This document shows positions 1 to 14,135 of a stretch of 64,000 nt of DNA, piece by piece. Position numbers and translations under genes: made by a program. Every line of letters starts with the position of its first letter. Position 1 is the stretch's first letter. This stretch comes from Octopus sinensis (Eukaryota), in assembly GCF_006345805.1 (NCBI RefSeq), contig NC_043007.1, positions 49,042,001 through 49,106,000 on the forward strand, written 5' to 3'. The notes under the pieces were generated by a model. It saw nothing but the letters and a program-made list of their open reading frames with translations. It did not search any database and was not told the origin of the DNA.

Positions 1-262
1 CGCAAACGCACACACACAGTGGGCAACGAATAAAATGAAAGTAATTGACTTACTGTAGTGAGTGATTCTTTCACTCTGCCTCCCACTTCCTCTTTCCACA
101 CAGACACGCAAATATATAAATAAAATTGTAAGCTAACGTGCGTGTGTGTGAGTGGGTGGTGTTGGGTGTGCGCGTGTGTGTGTGTGTGAGGGTGCGTGTG
201 TGTGTGTGTGTGTGCGTGTGCGTGAGTGTGTGACAGGAAAGTTTTTTACGACGAATATAACA
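1..262. repeat. Dispersed repeat; inverted copy at ~26765-27032
   Basis: The reverse complement of 1-140 (cacgttagcttacaattttatttatatatttgcgtgtc...) matches ~26897-27032. gacaggaaagtttttt-acgacgaatata at ~232-260 matches the reverse complement of ~26766-26795. An (AC)n tract lies between the two matches in both copies. Confidence 0.8.
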
Positions 263-284
263 CCTATATCCAAGTAGCAGAAAG

Positions 285-960
285 ATAAGACAGTAAGTGT
301 GACTTGAGGGAGATGGCTGCTATTTCTACCATGTCTAGCTGCCATGTAGGGGTCTCCCTCATAGGCTCATACATACATAATACATAGATAAGGACAGTAA
401 GGTGTGATTTGGGGGAAATTTGGCTGCTATTTCTACCAGGTCTAGCTGCCATGTAGGGGTCTCCTCATAGGCTCATACATACATATGTACATAGATAAGA
501 CAGTAAGGTGTGATTTGGGGGAATTTGGCTGCTATTTCTACCAGGTCTAGCTGCCATGTAGGGGTCTCCCTCATAGCTCATACATACATATATACATAGA
601 TAACCAGTGATTTGGGGGAATTTGGCTGCTATTTCTACCAGGTCTGCTGCCATGTAGGGGTCTCCCTCATAGGCTCATACATACATATGTACATAGATAA
701 GACAGTAAGGTGTGATTTGGGGGAAATTTGCTGCTATTTCTACCAGGTCTAGCTGCCATGTAGGGGTCTCCCTCATAGGCTCATACATACATATATACAT
801 AGATAAGACAGTAAGGTGTGATTTGGGGGAAATTTGGCTGCTATTTCTACCAGGTCTAGCTACCATGTAGAGGTCCCCCTCATTGGCTCATATATATATA
901 CATACATAAGACAGTAAGGTGTGATTTGAGGGAGATTTGGCTGCTGTTTCTACCAGGTCT
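285..960. repeat. Minisatellite, ~103-107 bp unit, ~6.5 copies
   Basis: The unit gacagtaaggtgtgatttgggggaaatttggctgctatttctaccaggtctagctgccatgtaggggtctccctcataggctcatacatac... recurs at ~289, 393, 499, 603 (partly deleted), 700, 807 and 910. ORFs listed here are artefacts of the repeat. Confidence 0.95.
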
Positions 961-1057
961 GTTAGGCCTTCTCATGTAAACTCAAGCTTTCTCATGCCTT
1001 CGACATATGACCAAAGCAGAGAATGTATTCTTTTATTCTTCTGCTTTTTCCAGCCAT

Positions 1058-1245
1058 TGGTCTGTGGCCATGCTGGGGCAATGCCTTGAAGAATTGTTTT
1101 AATGAATCAACTCCAGTTTTATTTTTGTAAGCATTGTACTTATTCTATCTGTTTCTTTTGTCAAACCACTAGGTGACAGGGATGTAAACAAACCAACATT
1201 CGTTGTCAAGCAGTGGTGGAGGACAATCACAAGCACAGACACGCA
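1058..1245 (-). mobile_element. tRNA-derived SINE, 3' portion
   Basis: gtggccatgctggggcaatgcc...ttgtcaagcagtggtggaggacaa is the reverse complement of the 3' half of the full SINE at 58362-58760. Confidence 0.75.
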
Positions 1246-1739
1246 CACACACACACATACATGCATACACATATACACACATACATACATACATACATAT
1301 ATATATATGTGTGTATATTATATTGCAGCGTGGAAGGTGTTTGTAAGCCATTTAAGAAACAAACAAAAACCGTTACATTCACTTCAACATTTAAATTTAA
1401 TTTGCCAAAATATTTTCGTCGCTTTCAGACCGCGACCTGTTCACTGACAAAAATATCGTGCTAACAGGTCGCGGTCTCAAAGCGACGAAAATATTTTCAC
1501 AAATTAAATTTAAATGTTGAAGTGAATCTAACGGTTTTTGTGTGTTTCTTAAATGGCTTATAAACACCTTCAACGCTGCAACTGTTTTCGTTCCAGCCAC
1601 ACGATCTCAGATTAAGTCACTTGCTATGCAAGTACATCTCTGTACTATATATATATTATATATATATATATGTATATTGTAAAAACAGTAAGATAACAAA
1701 AGAAAGAAAGAGACCTCAATATTATGTAAATAGAGGAAA

Positions 1740-2133
1740 TCTTTATATATAAAAGTGAGGTTGTGTGTCTGTCTCCTACGATTTAGATTCCTAACTACTC
1801 CCACATTTTGCGGTGCAGTTTAACCAAAACCGGTATCTTATAGTCGTGATTCATATCGAGACCGTCTGGGTATTAGCGCGCGTCTACGATGAGTCTACGA
1901 TTTAAAAAAAAATTTACCATCAATTTTTCCCATTTTTAATCCATTTTTGACATATATAAGGGAAGTAACTCTCTAAAATTTATTATTAAATCTCAGAACG
2001 TAAAAAGCTACAGTAACACCCCTCCCCCTTTGTGGTTAGCCATATTGAGATGGCTATTATACTTTACATCTCTAAAAATGCTTATATAATTATTTGCCTT
2101 ACAAACCCGAGCAACGCCGGGCGATACTGCTAG
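1740..2133 (+). mobile_element. Non-autonomous Helitron, family A (~394 bp)
   Basis: 5' TC (a|tctttatatataaaagtgagg); 3' hairpin cccgagcaacgccggg followed by CTAG|t; inserted between A and T with no TSD. Near-identical copies at 8329-8722 and 52690-53772. Confidence 0.9.
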
Positions 2134-2293
2134 TATATATATATATATTATATATATATATAATATATATATATAATATATATATATATATATAATATAT
2201 ATATATATATAAGATATGTATATATATATATATGTGTGTGTATATATATATATATATATAAAAATGTTATATAAATGTAGGTATATATATATA

Positions 2294-2348
<55 letters not shown>

Positions 2349-2558
2349 TGGCTACAGGACGTCACCAACGGTAAACAACATGAAATACGAAGTCAAACGT
2401 GTTCAATACGCAAACAACGAGAGAAGCAAATGGAAGACAGGACAAGTAACATAAAGAACGACCCTTCATCAATTATCGGCTGTCTCGTTTCAGCCATGCG
2501 GGTGTGGTAATGCCGGAGCACCACCATGGTGATTCTGAATTTCTCAGTCTGGTGTGTT

Positions 2559-2589
<31 letters not shown>

Positions 2590-2611
2590 ACACACACACA
2601 CACATATATAC

Positions 2612-2653
<42 letters not shown>

Positions 2654-2690
2654 ATATATATGTATATGTATATATATGTATATATAAATA

Positions 2691-2748
<58 letters not shown>

Positions 2749-2894
2749 CATATGCCAGGGGTATGAGGGATATTGGTGTCTAAAAGATCCAAAGAGTGTC
2801 AGGTAACGCTAAGTAATTGCTATGGATAGACTGTGGTTAAACTTGGTTCAATAATGATACAACTGAGGAGACTTATGTGGGTCTTGCATTAGCA

Positions 2895-2940
<46 letters not shown>

Positions 2941-2941
<1 letters not shown>

Positions 2942-4002
2942 CGTTCAAGGACCCATACATGACGTTTGTAAAGGGTCCATGTTTCACATGAGTAAAGGAG
3001 CGATGTCAAAAGTTTTCCAATCTCTTATTCGTGACCTCCTTTATGCAGATGACTGATTTAGTCACTCATACAAATATTTATGAATTGTATTTCTGCTTCT
3101 TGCAAGGCATTTGGACTCAGCATTAGCCTGGACAAGACTGCTGTAATGTTCCTGTCTGCACTAGGAAATCTATATGTGAAACCAGCTATTTTGGTTGAAG
3201 GAACAATTCTAAAAGTGGTAGACAAGTTTGCCTACCTGGGCAGCACACTCAGCCGTCCTCGCTCCCTGGATGATAAAATATCTTTCAGGCTGCAGAGAGC
3301 AACTGATTCCTTTCGGTCTCTTGAACGGTACACAGTAATTTTTGTTTGCCTTGTGATGCCATGCTGGGAACAGACACGAGACTGAAGAGACCGAAAGGAA
3401 TCAGTTGCTCTCTGCAGCTTTACAAACGTCATGTATGGGTCCTTGAACGTTTTCACCAGACACATTCTGAATGTTGGTTGGACCTTAAAAACTCCAGACA
3501 CATAGGTCCTGAGGACAACTGATATCTTGATGCACAAGCACCGGTTACGCTGGACTGGACACCTAATTAGAATGACGGATAGCAGGATCCCTAAGCAGAT
3601 GCTATATGGGGAACTTGTGAATGGAAAGAGATCCAGGCAGAAACAAAGGCTGCAATTTAAGGACAGTATCAAGTCCTCATTAAAGACTTGTGATATGCAG
3701 GAGACTGACTGGGAGAGCAATGCATGTCATCGCCACAGATGGAGGAACAGGTTAAGGATGGGGAAGACACTTTTGAGAGAGCACGCATTCTGCATGAAGA
3801 ACTTAAGCGTGCTGCTCGAGAGCGTACGGCTTGTATAGTGAATGGGGAAAGCTTGGTCTGCAATGTTTGCAGTCGTGAATGCTTGTTAAGAACAAGGCTC
3901 ATTAGCCACCATCGGAGTCGCAGATGCAAAGTATAAGTTAATCCTAGAGCATTCCTGAAGGTCAGTAATGGGCTTCCTCGGTCACAAGTGGATGGCCATC
4001 AT
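2941..4002 (+). mobile_element. 5'-truncated RTE-clade LINE remnant (RT C-terminal half) with internal inversion
   Basis: LIRDLLYADD (~3030-3055), KFAYLGSTLS and HRLRWTGHLIRMTDSRIPKQMLYGEL are typical RTE ORF motifs. Stops are present and segment ~3326-3450 is inverted. Confidence 0.9.
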
Positions 4003-4017
4003 ATTTATATATATATA

Positions 4018-4075
<58 letters not shown>

Positions 4076-4402
4076 CACATACATGTATATATACATACAT
4101 ACATATATATACAAATTGAGATAGGGGTTGTAAATGCAACCCTCCATGGGAAAACATATATCCAATATTTACTTACATTTATATTCTCTTTTTTATATAT
4201 ATTCTACTTATTATACAACATTACTCTTTTTATTTGTTTTTTTTTTATGTACATTCCTTTAGTACACTGATTTGTTCTGCTTTTATATGTTTAACCCTAC
4301 AGTCTCTTATGTGGTGGTTCAATAAGTATGTGATTGAGTATTATTTGATAATTGATATTTGATTTAGATGTATTTCTCCATTTTCTTATCTTGTATATCT
4401 AT

Positions 4403-4509
<107 letters not shown>

Positions 4510-4704
4510 TGAGTATATTTTTACCTTGTTAACAATTAACACGGAAAAAAATAAATAAATAAACCAGGGTAGCAAAAATCTCACAAGTAAAGATGTTGTA
4601 ACTCTTTGTTTATAAAGGTAGAAACTTCGTGTTTACGTGGAATATTTTGAATAATATATGAATAAATAAATGGAGTTTAACGCAGGTGTAAATAAAATAT
4701 TTTT

Positions 4705-4790
4705 ACTTTCGACACATGTTTCGAAAATTCCACTGATACTATTCAAAAGAATAAATGGTATAAACAATGCAATCTTCTCTTCAGGAAAGT
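4705..4790 (-). ncRNA. Type I hammerhead ribozyme with complete core
   Basis: Minus strand: ACUUUC-CUGAAGA-GAAGAUU...AAUUUUC-GAAAC-AUGU-GUC^GAAAGU. Helix I is 6 bp perfect, helix II has a 7-bp base, helix III loop is palindromic. Predicted cut between 4711 and 4710. Confidence 0.85.
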
Positions 4791-4993
4791 GAAAAGAAAA
4801 CGAAACTCGTCAATAAGACATTTTAGCAAAAAATGATGGATTTGTATAGCGATTGACAGAACGCTATTAATATTGTTTAAAAAAACGTTATATGATATAA
4901 CGTCATAAGTAGCTAACAGAAAGAGTAGGGATACCAATAGTGAATGTTAAATATAAAGGAAATTAAAGTTTAAATTATAAATAATGATAGAGA

Positions 4994-5620
4994 CTACTTA
5001 TATGCACTTAACGTGTGTTTTTGCCAATGCTTACATCTGTATGCTCGCTCTATAACCGTGTTTACTAGAGTATTTTTAGAAAAAATAATGGAAAATAGCT
5101 CAGAATTGCAGAGAAGACAGAATTTCTTGCCTTTGTCATAAGGTATCGAAATTGAGAGAATCAACCATTCTAAATGAAATTGTTCATTGTGGTCTTTTAA
5201 ATCCCAAATCAGTTTGCTGAGACCGGTACTATTACGTTTGTTTCTATCCCTAAATGTTGAGTAATGGATAGAAATTCTTTTAGATAACTCTAACGATGTG
5301 CTTCCAATGTAAAATCGCACTTTATTACGAGTACTGATTATGCACTGGTATATAGAATTTTTAATCTTAGAGTTACTTGACATAAACTTAATTCTACTGG
5401 AATTGACTTCAGATACAATAACCTTGTTATTAATATTTCTAGAGGGTTGGATAGTATTAGCTAAATTAATGTTAGTATTAGTAAATGTATTAATATTTAA
5501 CAGTTTGTTATTATGTGAAGAGATAATTTGTAAGAGATTTTTTGTGTTTGAAAAACCGATCCTAACCGTATGTGAATTGATGATAGAGTAATATCTAGAA
5601 TTTTTGAGAAAATTCCTAGC
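4994..5620 (-). pseudogene. PLE GIY-YIG endonuclease domain, open for ~205 codons
   Basis: SIYQCIISTRNKVRFYIGSTSLELSKRISIHYSTF...FCLLCNSEL. The ORF start at 5644 lies inside the inverted segment, so it is not a genuine start. Confidence 0.85.
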
Positions 5621-5710
5621 AATAGCTTTATATTTAACATTCACTTTTGGTATCCCTACTCTTTCTGTTAGCTACTTTTGACGTTATATCATATAACGTT
5701 TTTTTAAACA

Positions 5711-6725
5711 AGATGGAACAGTACTTTTCTAATGCTGCAGAGTCTGCTGCAGGCCAGAGAAGCAATAACCAACTACATGTCAGGCGAAGAGAAGCAATAT
5801 AAAGGTCTAAAACTGTTCGATTCTGATTGAGAAAAGATTTCAAAATACATTAACGTTTTAGACTTATTCGGTCAGGCTACGGTCCTGTTTGGCGATGAAA
5901 AATATGTGTCGTGTAGCTGCGTATTGCCACTGTTATTGTCTTTGGCAAAGTACATGGCAGTAAATGATGATGATCAAGGTTATATAGCCAGATTCAAGGC
6001 AGCATCTATTACTGACTTCAGCAAACGTGCAGCTGACATGAAAAGTATTGAAATATTACAGATTGCAACAGCACTTGATCCATGATATAAAAACTTGAAG
6101 TGTTTATCAGATGATTCAAAAGAACAAACTTGGTTATTTATTAGACAACAATTAGAAGTTGATGTTGATGATCGGTTGAAGACTAATGCATAAGATGATA
6201 CTGACAGTGTCAATAAAACTATATGCGAACCTAATGAAAAGTGTATTAAGCTGATGGAGTCTGACTCAGACTTAGAAGAGGGTGTCGAAAATGCTTCTGG
6301 TGCAGTACACCGATATAAAATGGAGAAACAAACTTGCTGAATCAGTTGATCCACTACAATGGTGGAAACTTAATGAACATCGATATCCGAAAGTGGCATT
6401 TTTTGCCAAAACTGTTCTGTGCATACCAGCTACCTCGGTTCCGTGTGAACAATTATTTAGCTCTGCTGGTTACATTGCAAACAAGACGCGCTCATCACTT
6501 GAGCCAAATACTGTTAACATGATTGTGTGTTTGCGTAACTGGATATCCAACAACATTTGAGTGAGAAAACGTCAATGCTATTTCTTGTTTTTAACTGAAT
6601 TGTAACTGAAATATCATAAACTTGTCAATAAATGCAACTGCAGACATTTTTGTGTTTTAATAGAAATTAACCATCGTTAATTTCTCAAACGTAAATTATT
6701 AAAATTAAATTAATCGTTACCAGCC

Positions 6726-6728
<3 letters not shown>
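5711..6728 (+). mobile_element. hAT (ZBED1/Ac-like) transposon, 3' half with degenerate transposase
   Basis: (T)RWNSTFLML at 5711, ATALDP*YKNLKCL, and the dimerisation domain DPLQWWKLNEHRYPKVAFFAKTVLCIPATSVPCEQLFSSAG. The right end ...ttaccagcccta equals a TAGGGCTGG hAT-type TIR. Confidence 0.9.
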
Positions 6729-6817
<89 letters not shown>

Positions 6818-7033
6818 TGTGTGTATGTATATATGTGTGTGTATATGTATATATATATGTGTGTGTGTATATGCATATATATATGTGTGTGTATATATAT
6901 ATATATGCATGTATGTATATACGTATATTAAAAATGATACATTCAAAAGAGATACCCCAAAATTCATTAAAACAGTCCCAATTATTGCTATAATCCACAA
7001 CGCATCACTTTTAGGTCACTTGACCATTTAACA

Positions 7034-7080
<47 letters not shown>

Positions 7081-7293
7081 TCATACCATCCCGCATTCTC
7101 TTATTATTCTTTCTCTTCTCTTTCTCTTCTTCTTCTCCCTTTCCGCCACCACCTTCCTTTCTTTACTACTACTGCTGTTTAGAATAACACCTATGCAAAT
7201 ATAAACAATACAAGAATTCAATCACTACTACCATCCACAAGTCACTTTCAGGGCACTTGACCATTTAACATCCTACTATCATACCACTCCTGC

Positions 7294-7384
7294 CTTCTTC
7301 TTCTTCTTCTTCTTCTTCTTCTTCTTCTTCTTCTTCTTCTTCTTCTTCTTCTTCTTCTTCTTCTTCTTCTTCTTCTTCTTCTTC
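7294..7384. repeat. (CTT)n microsatellite, ~30 units; (CTA)n at ~7034-7080
   Basis: Direct reading. Confidence 0.95.
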
Positions 7385-7691
7385 TCTGCCAAGAATTCAC
7401 AATGACCTCGAACCGACAAAAGTAAACAAGAGAAACAGAGACAAGCAGAAACAAGGAAAATGCCCCTTGTATTTGAATACTGTGCAAATATTCTTTTAAA
7501 AACTTTTCATTTAATTTGTCCAAACTTTAATTGTTTTCCATAATTACAGTTGAAAAAGTCTCAATAACCGAAACCGGTACTGAAATGTTTTTTATAAAAT
7601 TATTGTAGCATTTTCTACCTTGACAGTTTTCTTTATACATATTAACTCGTGCGTTCCTTTTCAACCTTCTGCACACAGACACACACACACA

Positions 7692-7770
<79 letters not shown>

Positions 7771-7899
7771 GTAAATATAAATATTTATATAAATATATAA
7801 TATATATATATATATATATAATAACAATTTAACAAATAAAACATATGCATACACATACATACATATATGTACATATCTACATGTATTTGTATATATACA

Positions 7900-7935
<36 letters not shown>

Positions 7936-8079
7936 TAATATATATATAATAATAATATATATATATACTATATACATATATAATATACAAAAAGGGTGAA
8001 ATATAATTAATTTATAAAATTAATACATTTCCCTAGTAGTTTATCGGTATGGAAAAGACCATATTTGGTAAGGATTATA

Positions 8080-8933
8080 TTAATTATAATAAAGGGTTAA
8101 TTGCAACAAGTTGCTCAAAACCACATACCGAAAATGCTAGAAATGGCAGCCAGATAGGTCACCATTTCCCTACTAGTAAAAAAGTCTCCACAAACAATCA
8201 GGATATGCAACCCGTATATGGCAAAAAGGAAGAAGAAAATAACGAAATCACAGCCCTTTTGGATTAATTACAGACGAAAATTCGTTTCTGGATGAGAATC
8301 AGAGGTTCATTTCCTTGTCAATGCAATATCTTTATATATAAAAGTGAGGTTGTGTGCTGTCTGTCTCCTAAGATTTAGATTCCTAACTACTCCCACATTT
8401 TGCGGTGCAGTTTAACCAAAACCGGGTATCTTATAGTCGTGATTCATATCGAGCCCTTCTGGGTATTAGCGCGCGTCTACGATGAGTCTACGATTAAAAA
8501 AAAAATTACCATAAATTTTTCCCATTTTTAATGCATTTTTCGCATATATAAGGGAAGTAACTCTCTAAAAATTTATCATTAAATCTCAGAACGTAAAAAG
8601 CTACAGTAACACCCCCCTTTGTGGTTAGCCATATTGAGATGGCTATTATACTTTACATCTCTAAAAATGCTTATATAGTTATTTCCCTTACAAACCCGAG
8701 CAACGCCGGGCGATACTGCTAGTTTCCTATAAATCTAGAAATGCTAGGGGAAAAAAGACTCACCATTATACCGGCTCGATCAGGCGACACCGAACGATAT
8801 AATAATGGTCGGCCAGCATCACTACATTTATATAGACAAGCGAAATCGTATTTCCCTCCAAAATCACCACGTGAGTTGCAATTTTCGGTATGTGGTTTTG
8901 AGCAACTTGTTGCAATTAACCCTTTATTATAAT
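8080..8933. mobile_element. Element bounded by ~55-bp inverted repeats, interrupted by a Helitron
   Basis: taattataataaagggttaattgcaacaagttgctcaaaaccacataccgaaaat (~8080-8134) and its reverse complement at ~8878-8933. Confidence 0.7.
8329..8722 (+). mobile_element. Non-autonomous Helitron, family A
   Basis: a|TCtttatatataaaag ... cccgagcaacgccgggcgatactgCTAG|t. Confidence 0.9.
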
Positions 8934-8934
8934 T

Positions 8935-8996
<62 letters not shown>

Positions 8997-9000
<4 letters not shown>

Positions 9001-9990
9001 TACAGGACACCACAAATAAACGTACAACACAACGAGAAACGAAAACATAAAAACAAACAAGGGAACGGACTTTTATTTAACAACGAAAAAACGGAGTACA
9101 AGACAAATAATACAAGGAATATTCCCTTTCATCAGCTGCCCCTGGTTCGACTCAATGCGTGTTTCGAACGTAAGGGCAGAACACGATCCGGCCGAAGCAG
9201 TCCTTCCTGCAAAATGAATTAAATAAAATTCTTTTGCAGAGGGGTAAAAAAAGAAAAAAAGTGACAAGAACAGGACGTAAAAGCAATACAAATAAAAATA
9301 CAGTACACATAAAGAATAAAAACAGGACAAGGAAACCAACATTGAGGGCTTTTTAAGCCTAGACGGTGGAAAAATTCGTAGGAGCGCAATTCAGAAAATC
9401 GACTTGCTAGAGACAGAAGAAGTCGGTGTTGACTTGTTGAAATCTGCGAGCGAAAGAAAGTTTAGTAGTCCGGTCAGCGGCCAGAGAGAGGAGGAGTGAG
9501 AGAGAGAGAGATAGAGAGGAAAAGAAACCAGAAAGGATGAAAATAAGAAGGAGAGAGACAGGTAGAGAGGAAGACAGACAGGCAGGAAGGAAAGGTCAAG
9601 TAATGGGTTAAAGAGTGCGCGTCATAGTTATTAATAAAAACTTACTTGGAGGATAAGAAACGACGCGAGGCGCTCAGTCATATAATAACAATTTAACAAA
9701 TAAAACATATGCATACATACATACACATATGTACATACCTACATCTATATGTATATATACATGCAAAGTCTGTTTCCTTGTTTGTTTTTATGTTTCGTTT
9801 CTCGTTGTGTTCTACGTTTATTTGTGGTGTCCTGTACTCATATATATATGAGTACCGGACACCACAAATAAACGTAGAACACAACGAGAAACGAAAACAT
9901 AAAAACAAACAAGGAAACGGACTTTTTAACAACGAAAAAACAGAGTACAGGACAAACAATACAAGGAATATTCCCTTCATCAGCTGCCCC
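8997..9990. repeat. PLE-terminus-like repeat with direct and inverted partial copies
   Basis: 8997-9145 is repeated at 9850-9992. 9767-9840 is an inverted copy that forms a large palindrome. 9682-9765 is repeated at 7818-7905. Confidence 0.7.
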
Positions 9991-10025
9991 TGGCCCCGAT
10001 GTATATGTACATATACATATTTATT

Positions 10026-10116
<91 letters not shown>

Positions 10117-10132
10117 ATACATATATGTAATA

Positions 10133-10185
<53 letters not shown>

Positions 10186-10289
10186 CATACACACATAAAT
10201 ACATGCATATACATATATGTATATGTATATACGTGTATATACATATATATATGCATATACATACATATATATATATGAATATATATATA

Positions 10290-10340
<51 letters not shown>

Positions 10341-10343
<3 letters not shown>

Positions 10344-10723
10344 GAGGCGCAATGGCCCAGTGGTTAGGGCAGCGGACTCGCGGTCCGTAGGATCGCGGTT
10401 TCGATCCCAGACCGGGCATTGTGAGTGTTTATTGAGCGAAAACACCTAAAGCTCCACGAGGCTCCGGCAGGGATGGTGGTGATCCCTGCTGTACTCTTTC
10501 ACCACAACTTTCTCTCACTCCTTCTTCCTGTTTCTGTTGTACCTGTATTTCAAAGGCCGGCCTTGTCACTCTCTGTGTCACGCTGAATATCCCCGAGAAC
10601 TACGTTAAGGGTACACGTGTCTGTGGAGTGCTCAGCCACTTACACGTTAATTTCACGAGCAAGCTGTTCCGTTGATCGGATCAACCGGAACCCTCATCGT
10701 CGTAACCGACGGAGTGCTTCCAC
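10341..10723 (+). mobile_element. Full-length tRNA-derived SINE (~380 bp)
   Basis: A-box-like tggcccagtggttagg, B-box-like ggtttcgatccc, tail gttgatcggatcaaccggaaccctcatcgtcgtaaccgacggagtgc; inserted in (AT)n. Confidence 0.85.
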
Positions 10724-10766
10724 ATATATATATATATTATATATATATATATATATAATATATATA

Positions 10767-12770
<2,004 letters not shown>

Positions 12771-13077
12771 ACCGTCTTCCTCGATCTCTCTCTTTCCTTC
12801 CTTCCCTCCCATTTCTCTCTTTAACAACGTTTGATAACTTCGTCTCTCTGTTACTCTTTATCGCACCGCCTCTCTCACTGTACGTCTGCCTGTATCTATA
12901 GAGAGAAAGCGTTGATAGCCGCAAAAGTTTAAATATTCCCGCCACAGGTTTTTTAGAACGGTGAATTATTATCGCCCACCTCCACCGCACAATCATAACA
13001 GATATTATTAATCAAATAATTTGTGTTAATTTATATATATATGTATATATATATATATATATGTGTATATATATATC

Positions 13078-13108
<31 letters not shown>

Positions 13109-13169
13109 ATTAATAGGTGTGTGTGTAGACATGTATATATAATGCGTATATATGTAAATATTTAATTGC

Positions 13170-13922
13170 GTATATAATATATATAATGTGTGCATATGTT
13201 GTCGGATCGAGCTTAAAATATGCACACCTATGTTAAAAGTGCTAGCAAGTTTGCAAGGCAACTTTGAGTTTGCTCAATTGAAAGGCATCGCCTCTAGAGC
13301 AAAATTCCTCATCTTTTAAAATGTGGCCTCCGTAGACCCGAATGAAATCGGTTTATAATACCGAAACAAGTAAAACAATAATAAACTATTTTAATCCCGA
13401 GCAAGGCCGGGTATATCTGTCTAATCTATAAAATGAAGAAGGCGAACGTTGATACAAATTGGATTTTTATGTAAAAGAGGGTCTAAATGGGGCTGGAAGG
13501 GGATTAAAATTTACAGGAGGGGGTAACTTGAGGTGAGAAATTGATTGGGAGACATTTTGGGGTGATACACTGGTTGCTTTGATGTGAAAACGGGGATTTT
13601 ATTGATATTTGGGGACACTTGGGGTTCTAGATTGGACACCTTTTGCCCGATTTCAATCAAATTTTTAACATGGTAAAGTGGAAGCGGATTTGTAATTTAA
13701 GCGCGGAAATCTAATTTTTTTTATAAATGGGAGAGATATAGATAGAGAGTAAGAGAAAGCGAGGGAGAGTCCGAGAGAAAGGAAGAGTAAGAGAGTGGGA
13801 AAGGGAGAGAGAAAAGAGTGAGAAACAAAGAGGGAGAATGTGGCGATAAGAAACAGAAAAGAAGCAACAGAAAGTAACAACCTCACCCTCACCCGCGTGT
13901 AGAGCGGATCACCTTAAGCTAG
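13170..13922 (+). mobile_element. Helitron-like composite, family B
   Basis: Internal hairpin cccgagcaaggccggg (13396-13411), TC start-like tctaatctataaaa at 13420, 3' end acccgcgtgtagagcggat...CTAG|t (13919-13922). Modules are shared in inverted orientation with 38935-39790. Confidence 0.65.
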
Positions 13923-14135
13923 TTTCACATATAATTTTATTTTATATAACCTGTATTGGTAATTTGTTGAGTGTTTGAATATTTTGTGCTGCTTTGCAGC
14001 GGTTTTGATGGTGGTGCTTTTCTCCGCGTTAAGGAGAATTAGCTAGGCTAAATGCCCCAAAATACGTTCTATTCCGACCTTAGCGGGTCAGATTTGTCAA
14101 CCTCAGAGGATTAACTAGCAAGGGCTGTCTACAAA

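Larger units (their letters stand above)
4690..5712 (-). mobile_element. 5'-truncated Penelope-like element (C-terminal GIY-YIG endonuclease, 3' UTR with hammerhead, inverted 5' copy of 3' UTR)
   Basis: ORF 4994-5644 contains IYQC...FYIGST, H, STGLSKLIWDLK and CLLC. 5624-5712 is an ~88-bp inverted copy of 4872-4958. Hammerhead motif at 4705-4790. Adjacent to an (AT)n/(AG)n tract. Confidence 0.9.

Noticed and set aside
285-960. Regular repeat array as possible CRISPR
   Set aside because: Units are contiguous near-identical repeats without unique spacers; eukaryotic context with no cas genes.
4110-4170. Hammerhead-like fold (inverted copy at ~47395-47452)
   Set aside because: No CUGANGA core; only a hairpin and GAAAAC-AUAU-AUC.
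4994-5644. Selenoprotein-encoding (Naiad-type) PLE
   Set aside because: The ORF ends in TAG with no in-frame TGA, the endonuclease is C-terminal and followed by a hammerhead, and no SECIS core was seen.
10341-10420. Genuine tRNA gene
   Set aside because: A/B boxes are present but the sequence continues into a SINE body and no complete cloverleaf could be drawn.
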